Assembly: GCA_964019335.1 (NCBI GenBank)
Contig: OZ025729.1
Coordinates: 248,001 to 312,000, forward strand
Length of the DNA: 64,000 nucleotides
Source of the DNA: Diplonema japonicum
Taxonomy: Eukaryota > Protista > Euglenozoa: Diplonemea
Direction of reading: 5' to 3'
Shown: positions 54,701 to 64,000 of the stretch, in pieces
Position numbering within the stretch: position 1 is the first letter of the stretch
Layout of the letters: the number at the start of each line of letters is the position of its first letter
The notes under the pieces: model-generated
Seen by the model: only the letters and a program-made list of their open reading frames with translations
Told to the model about the DNA's origin: nothing
Databases searched by the model: none
Program-made: the position numbers and the translations under genes

Positions 54701-55405
54701 GGGTCCTCGTCTGCCTTCCCTGCAACTATTCACTCGGCACGCTACGGTCTGCGGGTGTCGGCAACGGGAGGCGGACTGGAAGCGATTGCTGACAACACGG
54801 AGAAGGTGAAGGCTCACAGCGGGGTGATGGTTGCGGTGTGGGCGTACGTGGTCCCCTTTGCTATCCTGCTGAAGAGGTTCGGGACGGACCTTCTGGGAAC
54901 TGTCTGGGGCTACCCTGTCGCCTTCATCCTTCACGGGGTGCTGATGTTGGGGAGCGCCATCACCACATCCATCTTCAGTGCAGTGGCCTTCAAGGAGTTC
55001 CGTGGGGACGCACAGCACTACCACAAGGAACTGGGGAACGCACTCCTCGTGGTGATGTGGGTTCAGGTGGTTCTGGGTCTTGCTGCCCCGGCGAAGGACT
55101 CACAGCTCAGGATCCCGTTCGTGGTCTCGCACACTGTGCTTGGGATTGCATCCTTTGGGATGGCCATCGGGCAGATGGAGTCGGGGCTGAGGAACGTGGA
55201 GGAGTTGTACACGGAGAGCATGAAGAATGATCTATTGACTGCCATGATAGTTGGGCTGTGTTGCTCGGCTGCATTGTGTCTTGTCTTCTTTGTTATGAAG
55301 AAAATGTGTACTCGCAGAATGGCCGTTCTACCAGGTGATGAAAACAAGGGTTCTCCACAAGTACCTGATGACGAAGACGAAGAAGTTATTACAGCCGTTG
55401 TTTGA
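51707..55405 (+). CDS. DOMON x6 + cytochrome b561 protein (ferric-chelate reductase / CYBDOM family), 1232 aa
   Basis: Signal peptide; five near-identical ~164-aa DOMON repeats (LYWTV, GWLSIGF, M and H heme ligands) plus one divergent DOMON; b561 His motifs AHS, LHG, YHK, SHT. Confidence 0.9.
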   Translation: MKGNNILHTLSLAFFVTRASGICPSEAPSFDREAGTPYSCSSSTTDDVHLYWTVDGAAVHMALTAKDVSGWLSIGFAETRGRMDPADSLSGYGMNVSTQKLLAGYDVSEDNTVLTDITNREISTLTIGGESYRVLRFTRTLVSIPSGVLSLNYAYHNTSNTFPSLHTSRGGWKSDLMIANAPVNPLCPSEAPSFDREAGTPYSCSSSTTDDVHLYWTVDGAAVHMALTAKDVSGWLSIGFAETRGRMDPADSLSGYGMNVSTQKLLAGYDVSEDNTVLTDITNREISTLTIGGESYRVLRFTRTLVSIPSGVLSLNYAYHNTSNTFPSLHTSRGGWKSDLMIANAPVNPLCPSEAPSFDREAGTPYSCSSSTTDDVHLYWTVDGAAVHMALTAKDVSGWLSIGFAETRGRMDPADSLSGYGMNVSTQKLLPGYDVSEDNTVLTDITNREISTLTIGGESYRVLRFTRTLVSIPSGVLSLNYAYHNTSNTFPSLHTSRGGWKSDLMIANAPVNPLCPSEAPSFDREAGTPYSCSSSTTDDVHLYWTVDGAAVHMALTAKDVSGWLSIGFAETRGRMDPADSLSGYGMNVSTQKLLAGYDVSEDNTVLTDITNREISTLTIGGESYRVLRFTRTLVSIPSGVLSLNYAYHNTSNTFPSLHTSRGGWKSELQINGTAPVIMPTTPTPMTTCPSEAPSFDREAGTPYSCSSSTTDDVHLYWTVDGAAVHMALTAKDVSGWLSIGFAETRGRMDPADSLSGYGMNVSTQKLLPGYDVSEDNTVLTDITNREISTLTIGGESYRVLRFTRTVASIPSGVLSVNYAFHSTSNTFPSIHTSRGGWKSDLQLDSTLPTSLPTPTTEAPTGPPAGCTPSTLPEFRCMETIDTKTVLHWTTLSNGTVDAQLVVAQNSAGWCSVGLPINGFDMIGAKALVSDGLIYDMNGKTSASIVQTGDRGGFRQVAATTRSFRKAAVAQVSGDQVLRFSTDVGTAAGAQLSLIVGYHGSSSAFPATIHSARYGLRVSATGGGLEAIADNTEKVKAHSGVMVAVWAYVVPFAILLKRFGTDLLGTVWGYPVAFILHGVLMLGSAITTSIFSAVAFKEFRGDAQHYHKELGNALLVVMWVQVVLGLAAPAKDSQLRIPFVVSHTVLGIASFGMAIGQMESGLRNVEELYTESMKNDLLTAMIVGLCCSAALCLVFFVMKKMCTRRMAVLPGDENKGSPQVPDDEDEEVITAVV

Positions 55406-56025
55406 GATTTTTTTTTTCTCTTGCTCCCTCTCTTCTTTTTTATTTTTTATTTTCCGGTCGTACTGGGCGGCATTTGACTTGTGTCACGTTGCCGTTTAAT
55501 GATCGAATTTTTATCCCTCCCTCCTACAAAAAAGAATTGCTTTATTAAAAAATATGGCATTTATTTTTTTTAGCTTCTTCTTCCTTCGCCCCCATCTCCC
55601 CCCTCTCCACCGTGGATGATATATATTATGACATGGATTTACTCCTACAAAATAGAGATGATGCTCCTGCCGTCTTCTTCTAACTAACCCGATTCTTCTA
55701 GGACCTTACAAAAAAAAAAAAAAAGAGAAAAGAAAAAAAAAAAAAAAAAGAGGAATCAAAAAAGAAAAAGGATGCATGCATTTCTTTTTTTTATAATTTT
55801 TTATTTCTTCTTTCTTTCTTTTCTTTTTTTTTTTTTTTTTTTTTTTAGTTTTATTTTGCCCAATTTTCCCCTCTCTTTTTCGAAGAAATAATTTTTTACA
55901 ACTATATGCAACTTGTGCCAAGCAAAAAAAAAGAAAAAAGCGTTCACAGCTTCTTTTTTTTTATTTTTGCTACTGCGAAAACAAAGGCATATAATCACAA
56001 AGAGTTATTTTTTTAAAGAGAAAAA

Positions 56026-56526
56026 CACCGTTCACGGTAAGCAAATAACTTTTTTCCACCAAGTACTGTAAGCAGAATTTTTACCTCTATTCACGGTACA
56101 AGTACGGTAACCCATAACTTTTTTTCCACTCTCCCATGAAACCTTCCTATTGTTCTCATTTTTAGTTTTTCGAAATTTTGGATTTTTTTCGTGTCCACCC
56201 CCTTCTGCCTGTGAAAACGTCTCAGGCCACCAATCGTGACGGTCACAAATAGGCAGGCCGGCGAAGAGGAAGCGGAGTGAGGGGGAGGGGAAGAACATGT
56301 GCAGCAACTGGAGAAAGGTTGGGCATAATGCTGCAACCTGCATTTCTCAACTGGTTGGGTTCAGTCCCAGTCACTCCTCAAAGTTCTTTCCCAGACCCTA
56401 ATCAGGCATAGAAGTGATACAGGTTACCGTGTTTGGTGGAAAAAAAGTTTGTAGTTACCGTACTTGGTGGAAAAAAAATTTTAGGTTTAAGGAAACGGTG
56501 GAAAAAAGTTATATTGCTTAACAGTG
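56026..56526. mobile_element. MITE with CAC...GTG termini and repeated subterminal motifs
   Basis: CACCG...AAGCAAATAACTTTTTTCCACC / GGTGGAAAAAAGTTATATTGCTTAACAGTG; TTCCAC and GGTGGAAAA motifs repeated. Confidence 0.6.
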
Positions 56527-57322
56527 TTTTTCCCTTTTTTTTAAAAGTTTTTTTTTTCCAGTTTATAAAGAAGGAATGAATAAAGAAGAATAAATAGGAA
56601 AACGAATGGTTTTTTTTTTCCTCCGATAAAACTAAGGGACTTGGGGAGAGGAACACTCCCTACCAGGTCTCCTTACTGCTTTCTTTTCTTTTTGTTTTTG
56701 TTTCCTCCCCTGCTCCCTCTATCTTGTTTGTTTACCTCAACTTCTTTTTTTAATTCCCCATTTTCTTTCTTTCTTTTCAAATTCAATTTTACCTTTTTTT
56801 CTTTATCTTTTTTTTTTTTTTGTTCCGTATTAAACAGAGCAATAAAAAAAAAAAGAAAAAAAAAAGAAAAAAAGAATAAAGAGAATTGGAAAAAGAAACC
56901 ATAAGAAAGTTAAAAAAAAGAATAGTAATAAAAATAAAAAAAAAAAACCAATCCAACTTTTTTTTTTTTTTTCTTTATTTGTTATTTCATTTTTTTTTTT
57001 ATACTCCTGCCGCGCTTTGCCTCTGATATAATGGTACAGGCGGGTGGCGACATGTAAACACTGAGTTTCTTGAAGGTGTGCGAACCGATTCCCCTACAGC
57101 AGGTTCTGGTGTAGCGACACTTCTGGAGTCGGGTGATGCGGTTTCGCTTGTCGTACGCTGACTTCTCTGAGGTGGTGTCCCCTTTTACTGCTCAGTACTG
57201 ACACCCACTGTAGCAGTGCTTTCAGGCTTTCAAGGTTGTCCGCTCTCGGAGTTTCTGGCTAGGTATCGCTGCAGATTTTACAGGTACGTCATGGCTTGAA
57301 AAAAAAGGAAAAGTAAAATTAA

Positions 57323-59113
57323 CCATCTACCAACGGACTATTTTTGCCCCCCAGGGGGTAAATTTTCAAAACTTCAAAAAAAGCTATTCCAGCGCAACGC
57401 CGGGGCTATATGCCCCCGGAAATGCCTCCAGATGTCCCAATTCTAGAGAGAGGGTGCCCACAGCAGGGTCCACCCCCACAACATTGTCAAAAATATCGTT
57501 CCTGAAGTGCCCGAGAGGGGATACAAAAAACAAGTCAAAGAAAATCGACTGTAAAATTCTATAAAAAGCTATTTAAGGCCTTCTTGACGCGGTTCGTATG
57601 TGCCCCAGGGCTGGGGGACTTCTTTTTTGACCCCGGGAGGGGTTTCTGGGGGGTATCCCCGGCAAGGTGGTAGTCTTTGAAGCACGGAGTCACGCAAAGT
57701 TGTACCAAGCAGGCTGAACACTGAAATAGGGGTCTTTTCGACTTGCAATGCTTGCACCGCACGTTGCACTACTTTTTCGGGGAAATGGTCCCAGAAGGTA
57801 CTGTCACGGCGCATTGGGGTCTCAGAGCACTCGTTCTGTGTTTCGGGGCATGGTATTGGGGCAGCCTGCTCTGTAGTTGACTTTATCTGTTGTTTAGACT
57901 GCCTCCCTAGTAGCCCTTCGATGACTGCCTCTTTGAAAGGCGTAAATCCACTGTCGTTCGTACTCAGGGCGTTGGGGGGCAATGCTTCTTTCCAAACAAG
58001 CCAAGCATTCGCCAGAGATTTACCTAACAAGTACAAAAATACTTTTAGGGGCCACTTTTAAGTCATAAGGGAGCGTTTATGGCGTTTTGTCACAGCATCA
58101 CCCAGCGTCGGTTCCGCCCATTGCGGTGTTGTAAATATGCACTTGGTGGGGGGCGGGATGTCCTTTCCGGCTTTCATTCTCTTTTGGCGGACACGTCAAA
58201 TTTGACTTCACCAGAACATCCAACGTCGATAGAAAGCACGCTGGCATGATGTCATGCCACGTTGTGGTGCAAAGGATGCTCGCGTGCTGGTGGAACTGGG
58301 TGTCCCCACGGGATGCGCGTCCTTGGCATGCGGCCTCGCTTCTTTGGGGCATCCATGATCTCCGGGAGGCCTTTGCGATAAGTAGAAGTCAGCACGCTTG
58401 TTTGTTTCGCTGTGGAAACACAGATTTCCCAGAATAGTCAAAAAGCGGTCTCTTGACATGACGGTGGCGTACCCAGGGGTGTAGTTGAGAGACGTGGAGC
58501 CAGTGTGCCAGTAATCAGAATAATCTGGCATGATATCCAAGTCCATCGACAAAAGGGCAGAGAAGCAGCATCGAGATCCAGGGAGACACCTTTTTTAGCC
58601 GCATTTGCCACATTGTTCGAAGTTATGACCCGAATAACGTTTGGGACGAGCATTTGGAGAAGATATGGTATGGCATTGAGCCTTTGATGTCAAAACAGGG
58701 TCCACAAGGATTTCGATCTTCACGAAACCGGATGCCTTCCAACTGCTCCGGCTTTGCCGTCCAATCACCCTGCTGTGACTCGGAATCGGTCGAATTCGTA
58801 TCAGAATCACTGTTTGTATCAAAATTGCATAATAGGGATGAACCATCAGTGCTGCCATCACTCATAACGTCCTCTTCCAGCCTCTTTCCGGGCGCCTTTT
58901 TTTGAAGTGATTTTTAAGGGTAAATTTGGGCTGGCGTTTTTTTTCATTTTTTCATTTTCTTGTTAAGTTAGGGCAGCATTTAGTTTATTTTTTTCATATT
59001 TTCCGCGCAGGACCCCGCCGGCAAGAAAGGGCCGGGCCGTATTACATTGAAAGCCCTTTGCGTAAAAGATTTTTTTTCAAATCGTCTATATATAGACGCT
59101 CGTTGATAGATGG
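57323..59113 (-). mobile_element. piggyBac transposon, internally deleted and frameshifted
   Basis: TTAA TSD at 57319-57322 and 59114-59117; TIR CCATCTAYCAACG; motifs DYW, MSRDRF, YNTAMGGTD, NAW; C-terminal CKHC..CSAC..LC..PCFKDYH. Confidence 0.9.
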
Positions 59114-59723
59114 TTAATTAAAAAAAAAAAAAAAAAAAAACAAGAAGAATCCAAAAAAGAAACTGAGGTCGGTTTCACGTTTCTTTTTAATTTATTTATT
59201 ATTATTATTTTTTTTCTTTTTTTTTTTTTTTTTGTTACAATTATTTCAAAAAATGATTTTATAACTATATGCAACTTGTGCCGAGCAAAAAACTTTCGCA
59301 GCTTTTTAAAAAACCTTTTTGCTCGTGCGAACAACAAAGACATATAGTCATAAAGGATTATTTTTTAAATTACTTCACGTTAAATCACATTACTTCACGG
59401 TGAATTAACTTGGCTTGTTTTCCGTGAAGTAATAGGGGATTTCCGGTAAATAATATGCGCCAGTAGGCCAGTTTTTGCCTTGGTTCAGTTCCCAGTGGGG
59501 CAACTTTTTCCTCTCAGTTTGCCAATCCCCCCAGGTTCTCAATTGGCCAACTTTTTGCCTCGGCTCAGTACCAAGTTGGACTACTTTTTCCTCTCCTCCT
59601 ATATATCTTTTACAAATATCTTTCTCTTCCAATTCTTTTCTGCCCTTTTTGCTTTCATTTTTTTCCTTCTTGCTTCATGGCATCACTAACCAAGCATCTC
59701 AGTTTCTACTACAACAAAGCACC

Positions 59724-61910
59724 ATGAAGGGTAATAACATATTACATACCCTTTCCTTAGCCTTCCTTGTTACAAGAGCATCTGGAATATGCCCCAGTGA
59801 GGCACCCTCCTTCGACAGGGAAGCCGGCACACCTTATTCATGCTCCTCATCCACAACAGACGACGTACACCTGTACTGGACAGTGGATGGGGCAGCTGTT
59901 CACATGGCACTGACGGCGAAGGATGTGTCTGGGTGGCTCTCGATCGGATTTGCTGAGACTCGTGGTAGGATGGACCCTGCTGATTCGCTGTCAGGGTATG
60001 GGATGAATGTGAGCACTCAGAAGCTTCTTCCTGGCTACGATGGTAGGGAGGACGACACCATTCTAACTGACATCACGAACAGGGAGATCTCCACCCTCAC
60101 CATCGGGGGTGAGTCTTACCGTGTCTTGAGGTTCACGAGAACGCTTGTGAGCATCCCCTCTGGTGTCCTCTCTTTGAACTATGCTTATCACAACACATCC
60201 AACACCTTCCCTTCTCTTCACACCTCGAGGGGTGGCTGGAAGTCCGATTTAATGATTGCAAATGCACCTGTGAATCCTCTGTGCCCCAGTGAGGCACCCT
60301 CCTTCGACAGGGAAGCCGGCACACCTTATTCATGCTCCTCATCCACAACAGACGACGTACACCTGTACTGGACAGTGGATGGGGCAGCTGTTCACATGGC
60401 ACTGACGGCGAAGGATGTGTCTGGGTGGCTCTCGATCGGATTTGCTGAGACTCGTGGTAGGATGGACCCTGCTGATTCACTGTCAGGGTATGGGATGAAT
60501 GTGAGCACTCAGAAGCTTCTTCCTGGCTACGATGTGAGCGAGGACAACACTGTTCTCACTGACATCACGAACAGGGAGATCTCCACCCTCACCATCGGGG
60601 GTGAGTCTTACCGTGTCTTGAGGTTCACGAGAACAGTCGCAAGCATCCCTTCTGGTGTCCTCTCTGTTAACTATGCTTTCCATTCTACATCCAACACCTT
60701 CCCATCTATTCACACCTCGAGGGGTGGCTGGAAGTCGGACCTACAGCTGGACAGCACTCTACCAACATCCCTTCCCACCCCCACGACGGAGGCCCCCACG
60801 GGACCCCCAGCAGGGTGCACGCCCTCGACACTCCCTGAGTTCAGGTGCATGGAAACGATCGACACGAAGACAGTGCTACACTGGACGACCCTGTCAAACG
60901 GGACAGTGGATGCGCAGCTTGTCGTTGCCCAGAACTCAGCAGGGTGGTGCTCTGTGGGGCTTCCCATCAACGGGTTCGACATGATCGGTGCGAAGGCATT
61001 GGTGTCGGACGGGCTGATCTACGACATGAATGGGAAGACCTCTGCCAGCATTGTGCAGACGGGGGACAGGGGCGGCTTCAGGCAGGTGGCGGCGACAACA
61101 AGGTCCTTCCGAAAGGCAGCTGTGGCACAAGTGTCCGGGGACCAGGTGCTGCGCTTCTCGACGGACGTGGGAACGGCGGCGGGGGCGCAGCTGAGCCTCA
61201 TCGTTGGTTACCATGGGTCCTCGTCTGCCTTCCCTGCAACTATTCACTCGGCACGCTACGGTCTGCGGGTGTCGGCAACGGGAGGCGGACTGGAAGCGAT
61301 TGCTGACAACACGGAGAAGGTGAAGGCTCACAGCGGGGTGATGGTTGCGGTGTGGGCGTACGTGGTCCCCTTTGCTATCCTGCTGAAGAGGTTCGGGACG
61401 GACCTTCTGGGAACTGTCTGGGGCTACCCTGTCGCCTTCATCCTTCACGGGGTGCTGATGTTGGGGAGCGCCATCACCACATCCATCTTCAGTGCAGTGG
61501 CCTTCAAGGAGTTCCGTGGGGACGCACAGCACTACCACAAGGAACTGGGGAACGCACTCCTCGTGGTGATGTGGGTTCAGGTGGTTCTGGGTCTTGCTGC
61601 CCCGGCGAAGGACTCACAGCTCAGGATCCCGTTCGTGGTCTCGCACACTGTGCTTGGGATTGCATCCTTTGGGATGGCCATCGGGCAGATGGAGTCGGGG
61701 CTGAGGAACGTGGAGGAGTTGTACACGGAGAGCATGAAGAAAAATCTATTTGGTGCGATGATGGTAGGGCTGTGTTGCTCGGCTGTGTCATGGCTTATCT
61801 TCTTTGTTATGAAGAAAATGTGTACTCGCAGAATGGCCGTTCTACCAGATGAAAACAAAGGTTTCCCACAGATACCACGAGGGGAGGAAGTCACTACAAC
61901 CGTTGTTTAA
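59724..61910 (+). CDS. DOMON x3 + cytochrome b561 protein, paralogue (728 aa)
   Basis: Two copies of the 164-aa repeat, the divergent DOMON and b561; nearly identical to 51707-55405 except the C-terminal tail. Confidence 0.9.
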   Translation: MKGNNILHTLSLAFLVTRASGICPSEAPSFDREAGTPYSCSSSTTDDVHLYWTVDGAAVHMALTAKDVSGWLSIGFAETRGRMDPADSLSGYGMNVSTQKLLPGYDGREDDTILTDITNREISTLTIGGESYRVLRFTRTLVSIPSGVLSLNYAYHNTSNTFPSLHTSRGGWKSDLMIANAPVNPLCPSEAPSFDREAGTPYSCSSSTTDDVHLYWTVDGAAVHMALTAKDVSGWLSIGFAETRGRMDPADSLSGYGMNVSTQKLLPGYDVSEDNTVLTDITNREISTLTIGGESYRVLRFTRTVASIPSGVLSVNYAFHSTSNTFPSIHTSRGGWKSDLQLDSTLPTSLPTPTTEAPTGPPAGCTPSTLPEFRCMETIDTKTVLHWTTLSNGTVDAQLVVAQNSAGWCSVGLPINGFDMIGAKALVSDGLIYDMNGKTSASIVQTGDRGGFRQVAATTRSFRKAAVAQVSGDQVLRFSTDVGTAAGAQLSLIVGYHGSSSAFPATIHSARYGLRVSATGGGLEAIADNTEKVKAHSGVMVAVWAYVVPFAILLKRFGTDLLGTVWGYPVAFILHGVLMLGSAITTSIFSAVAFKEFRGDAQHYHKELGNALLVVMWVQVVLGLAAPAKDSQLRIPFVVSHTVLGIASFGMAIGQMESGLRNVEELYTESMKKNLFGAMMVGLCCSAVSWLIFFVMKKMCTRRMAVLPDENKGFPQIPRGEEVTTTVV

Positions 61911-62214
61911 GATTTCTGTTGGCCTCCTCGTCGGTGGACCCCGGTGTGGGTGATGAAAAACTGAACGAGTTGACAGGCAACACTGGCCTCCTTTATCACT
62001 TAACTCTATTTTTATAGTATACTGTGGAAACAGACAAACGTCCGTGTTTTTTGTCGCATCCGGGAGTTTGTCGGTTCGGCAGTATTTTTTTTTTTTTTTT
62101 TTTAGCCCTATTCCTCTCATTTCTTTTTTTTTTCTTTTTTCTTTTTTTTATTTACCCTCCTGCAAAAAAATGAAAAAAATATATTATGAAAAAAAAAAAA
62201 AAAAAAAAAAAAAA

Positions 62215-63595
62215 TACTGTAAAACGAAAAACTCCCGGACGGAAAAATGTCCGAGTTTTTTAGCGTCCGGGAATTTTTCCGTCCGGAAATTTTTTTTAGG
62301 TAAGGCCGTCAGGGGGCCTGGTCCACTACCACCTACGTACTGGCCTGGGCTGCAAACGGCAACCGCGCAAAGAAACCCCCCAGGGTTCCCTTTCTGCATC
62401 TTTGTCTTCCCTTGCTGCCCCTGAGGCAATCAGCTTGTCGAGCCTTCGTGTGGCCTACTACCTTTCTTAATAGATGCTTTACAGCTGCGTTCAACCCAAT
62501 ATCCATCGGTTGAACCATGTAGGTGAGCCCAGGGGACAAAAGCAATGTGCACGTTTGCGCCTGCGAACAACTCTACGAACCCATAGGCATAGGTCGTGTG
62601 AGAGTTGTGGTCGCCGACAAGCAGCAGAATTCGGCAAAACCATGGGAATCGATGATTTATAGCAAAAGGAAGAAACAGCTCCGTAACCCAGATACCGAGT
62701 ATCATAATTAGCCCAATGATTGGGCGATGCTGTTAGGCTCCATTCGATGGGCGGGTGCTTGACCGGGGCACGGATAATGTTGCGTTTCCGCTTTGCCTTT
62801 GTATTTAAGTTGCGGTGCAACCCCATCCAGCCAAGGAAACAGCCAGCTGTTAAGTTATAGCCCGTTTTGTCCCCCAAGCCACGGACTCTTACGACCTTAG
62901 CACCCCTTTTCGTTTACAGGTCTGTCTTTCGGGCTGGATTGGCGCGCAGCAGCCCTTCTGCATAGGTGCATATTTGTTGTGCTGGGATAGGCTCGCCAAG
63001 CTCGTTTTACCTATCGACTCAAGCAAAAACCTTTCAGCCCCCGAAGGATGCTAAATCCTGTATTGGGCGATACGCTGCTATCACGGCGTCGCGGCGGCCA
63101 GGGTGTGGTAGGGTGGAATAGCAACGTCCAGTATTTCCGTCTGGAAGAAACTGGGGGCTCTGTTGAACCTGTTCCCGCCAAGCTGCTTTCGGGGGTTTGT
63201 ACTGGCCTTCTCGGCCCCGTGTAAGGAGTTTATCTCCTCCACCTCTCAGGGGTGAGCTGGCCGGGGTGCCAGCACCAAAGTTGGGCCCCTCACAAGCCAG
63301 CTGCTCAACGTGCCTTGGGTAGTCGAACTGGTTAATTTGACGAAAGAAGTACGGGTTTATGAGAAGTTAAAGATCCCGTGGGTGCTGTTTGTTGGTGCAT
63401 TGAAAGGGGAAGAAAAATTCAAACTGCCACGCAGGGTAAACATTTTGGCTCTGCACAAGGAATAAAGCCCTTCCAGGCAAACGTGGTGGGAGCTGCTACC
63501 CCCCCCTAGTAAAAAAACTTCTTCCCAGAAAAACTCCCGGACGGAAAAATGTCCGGGAGTTTTTGGTGTCCGAGAATTTTTCCGTCCGACATTAT
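62215..63595 (-). mobile_element. Pogo/Tc5-like transposon relic, copy 2
   Basis: 62215-62910 matches 23972-24690 (LLVGDHNSH, QPMDIGLNAAVKHLL); the GGACGGAAAAATGTCCG terminal cluster recurs at 63530-63590. Confidence 0.75.
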
Positions 63596-64000
63596 TTTCT
63601 TTTTTTTTTTTTTTTTTTATTATTTAGCCTCACTCTTCCTCCCCTCTCCCCTCTCCCCTCTCCCCTCTCCCCTCCCCCCTCCCACACTGTGGATGATATA
63701 CCAGGCAAAGGATTTACTCCTACATAGAGAGTCGACGGGCTCGCGAGTCTGCTTCTAGCCAGCTTTAGTTTTTTTTTTTATCCGTATAAGAATGCATATT
63801 CTTCTAGGATCTTACAAAAAAAAAAAAGAAAAAGGAATCAAAAAAAAGAAGAGGGGTGGCACGGCCCTCCAAATTCTTTTGTAATCTTTTAACTTTCTTT
63901 TTTTTTTTTTTCTTTTTTCTTTTTTCTTTTAGTTTTTCTTTTTTTTTGTTACCAGGATTATATAAAGAAAGAATGAACAAGAAGATGAAGAAAAATAGGG

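Noticed and set aside
1-64000. Spliced-leader RNA gene, rRNA, or bacterial operon/defence island
   Set aside because: No SL exon (TTTCTGTACTTTATTG) or rRNA motif seen; gene content and introns are eukaryotic.

Overview
Eukaryotic protist nuclear DNA. Intergenic regions are full of long poly-A, poly-T and poly-C/G runs, and every recognisable host gene across the 64 kb is on the + strand and nearly intronless. This resembles a euglenozoan (diplonemid-like) polycistronic cluster; the taxon is inferred, not shown. Host genes: (i) a tandem array of F-box + Rab-like pseudo-GTPase + polybasic CaaX genes (three intact, one frameshifted, two pseudogenes) whose variation concentrates in the switch regions; (ii) three tandem chromodomain + PARP-like genes, one with H-Y motifs and two degenerate; (iii) single genes for a PPR-like protein, a receptor-type degenerate nucleotide cyclase, a catalytically degenerate cyclophilin, a vWA protein, SSRP1/POB3, a Tweety-like membrane protein, an SK-like K+ channel and a secreted beta-propeller/TPVP mucin; (iv) two DOMON-repeat + cytochrome b561 paralogues with 6 versus 3 DOMON domains. 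Two short GT-AG introns are A-rich and lack a 3' pyrimidine tract. Mobile DNA is abundant: LINE fragments (RT, RNase H), a SINE family whose 5' end reconstructs an HDV-like self-cleaving ribozyme, a structured UUCG SINE with a 19-bp TSD, Helentron-like elements with a covarying terminal hairpin, piggyBac and pogo relics, and several MITEs. No rRNA, intact tRNA or CRISPR was found.
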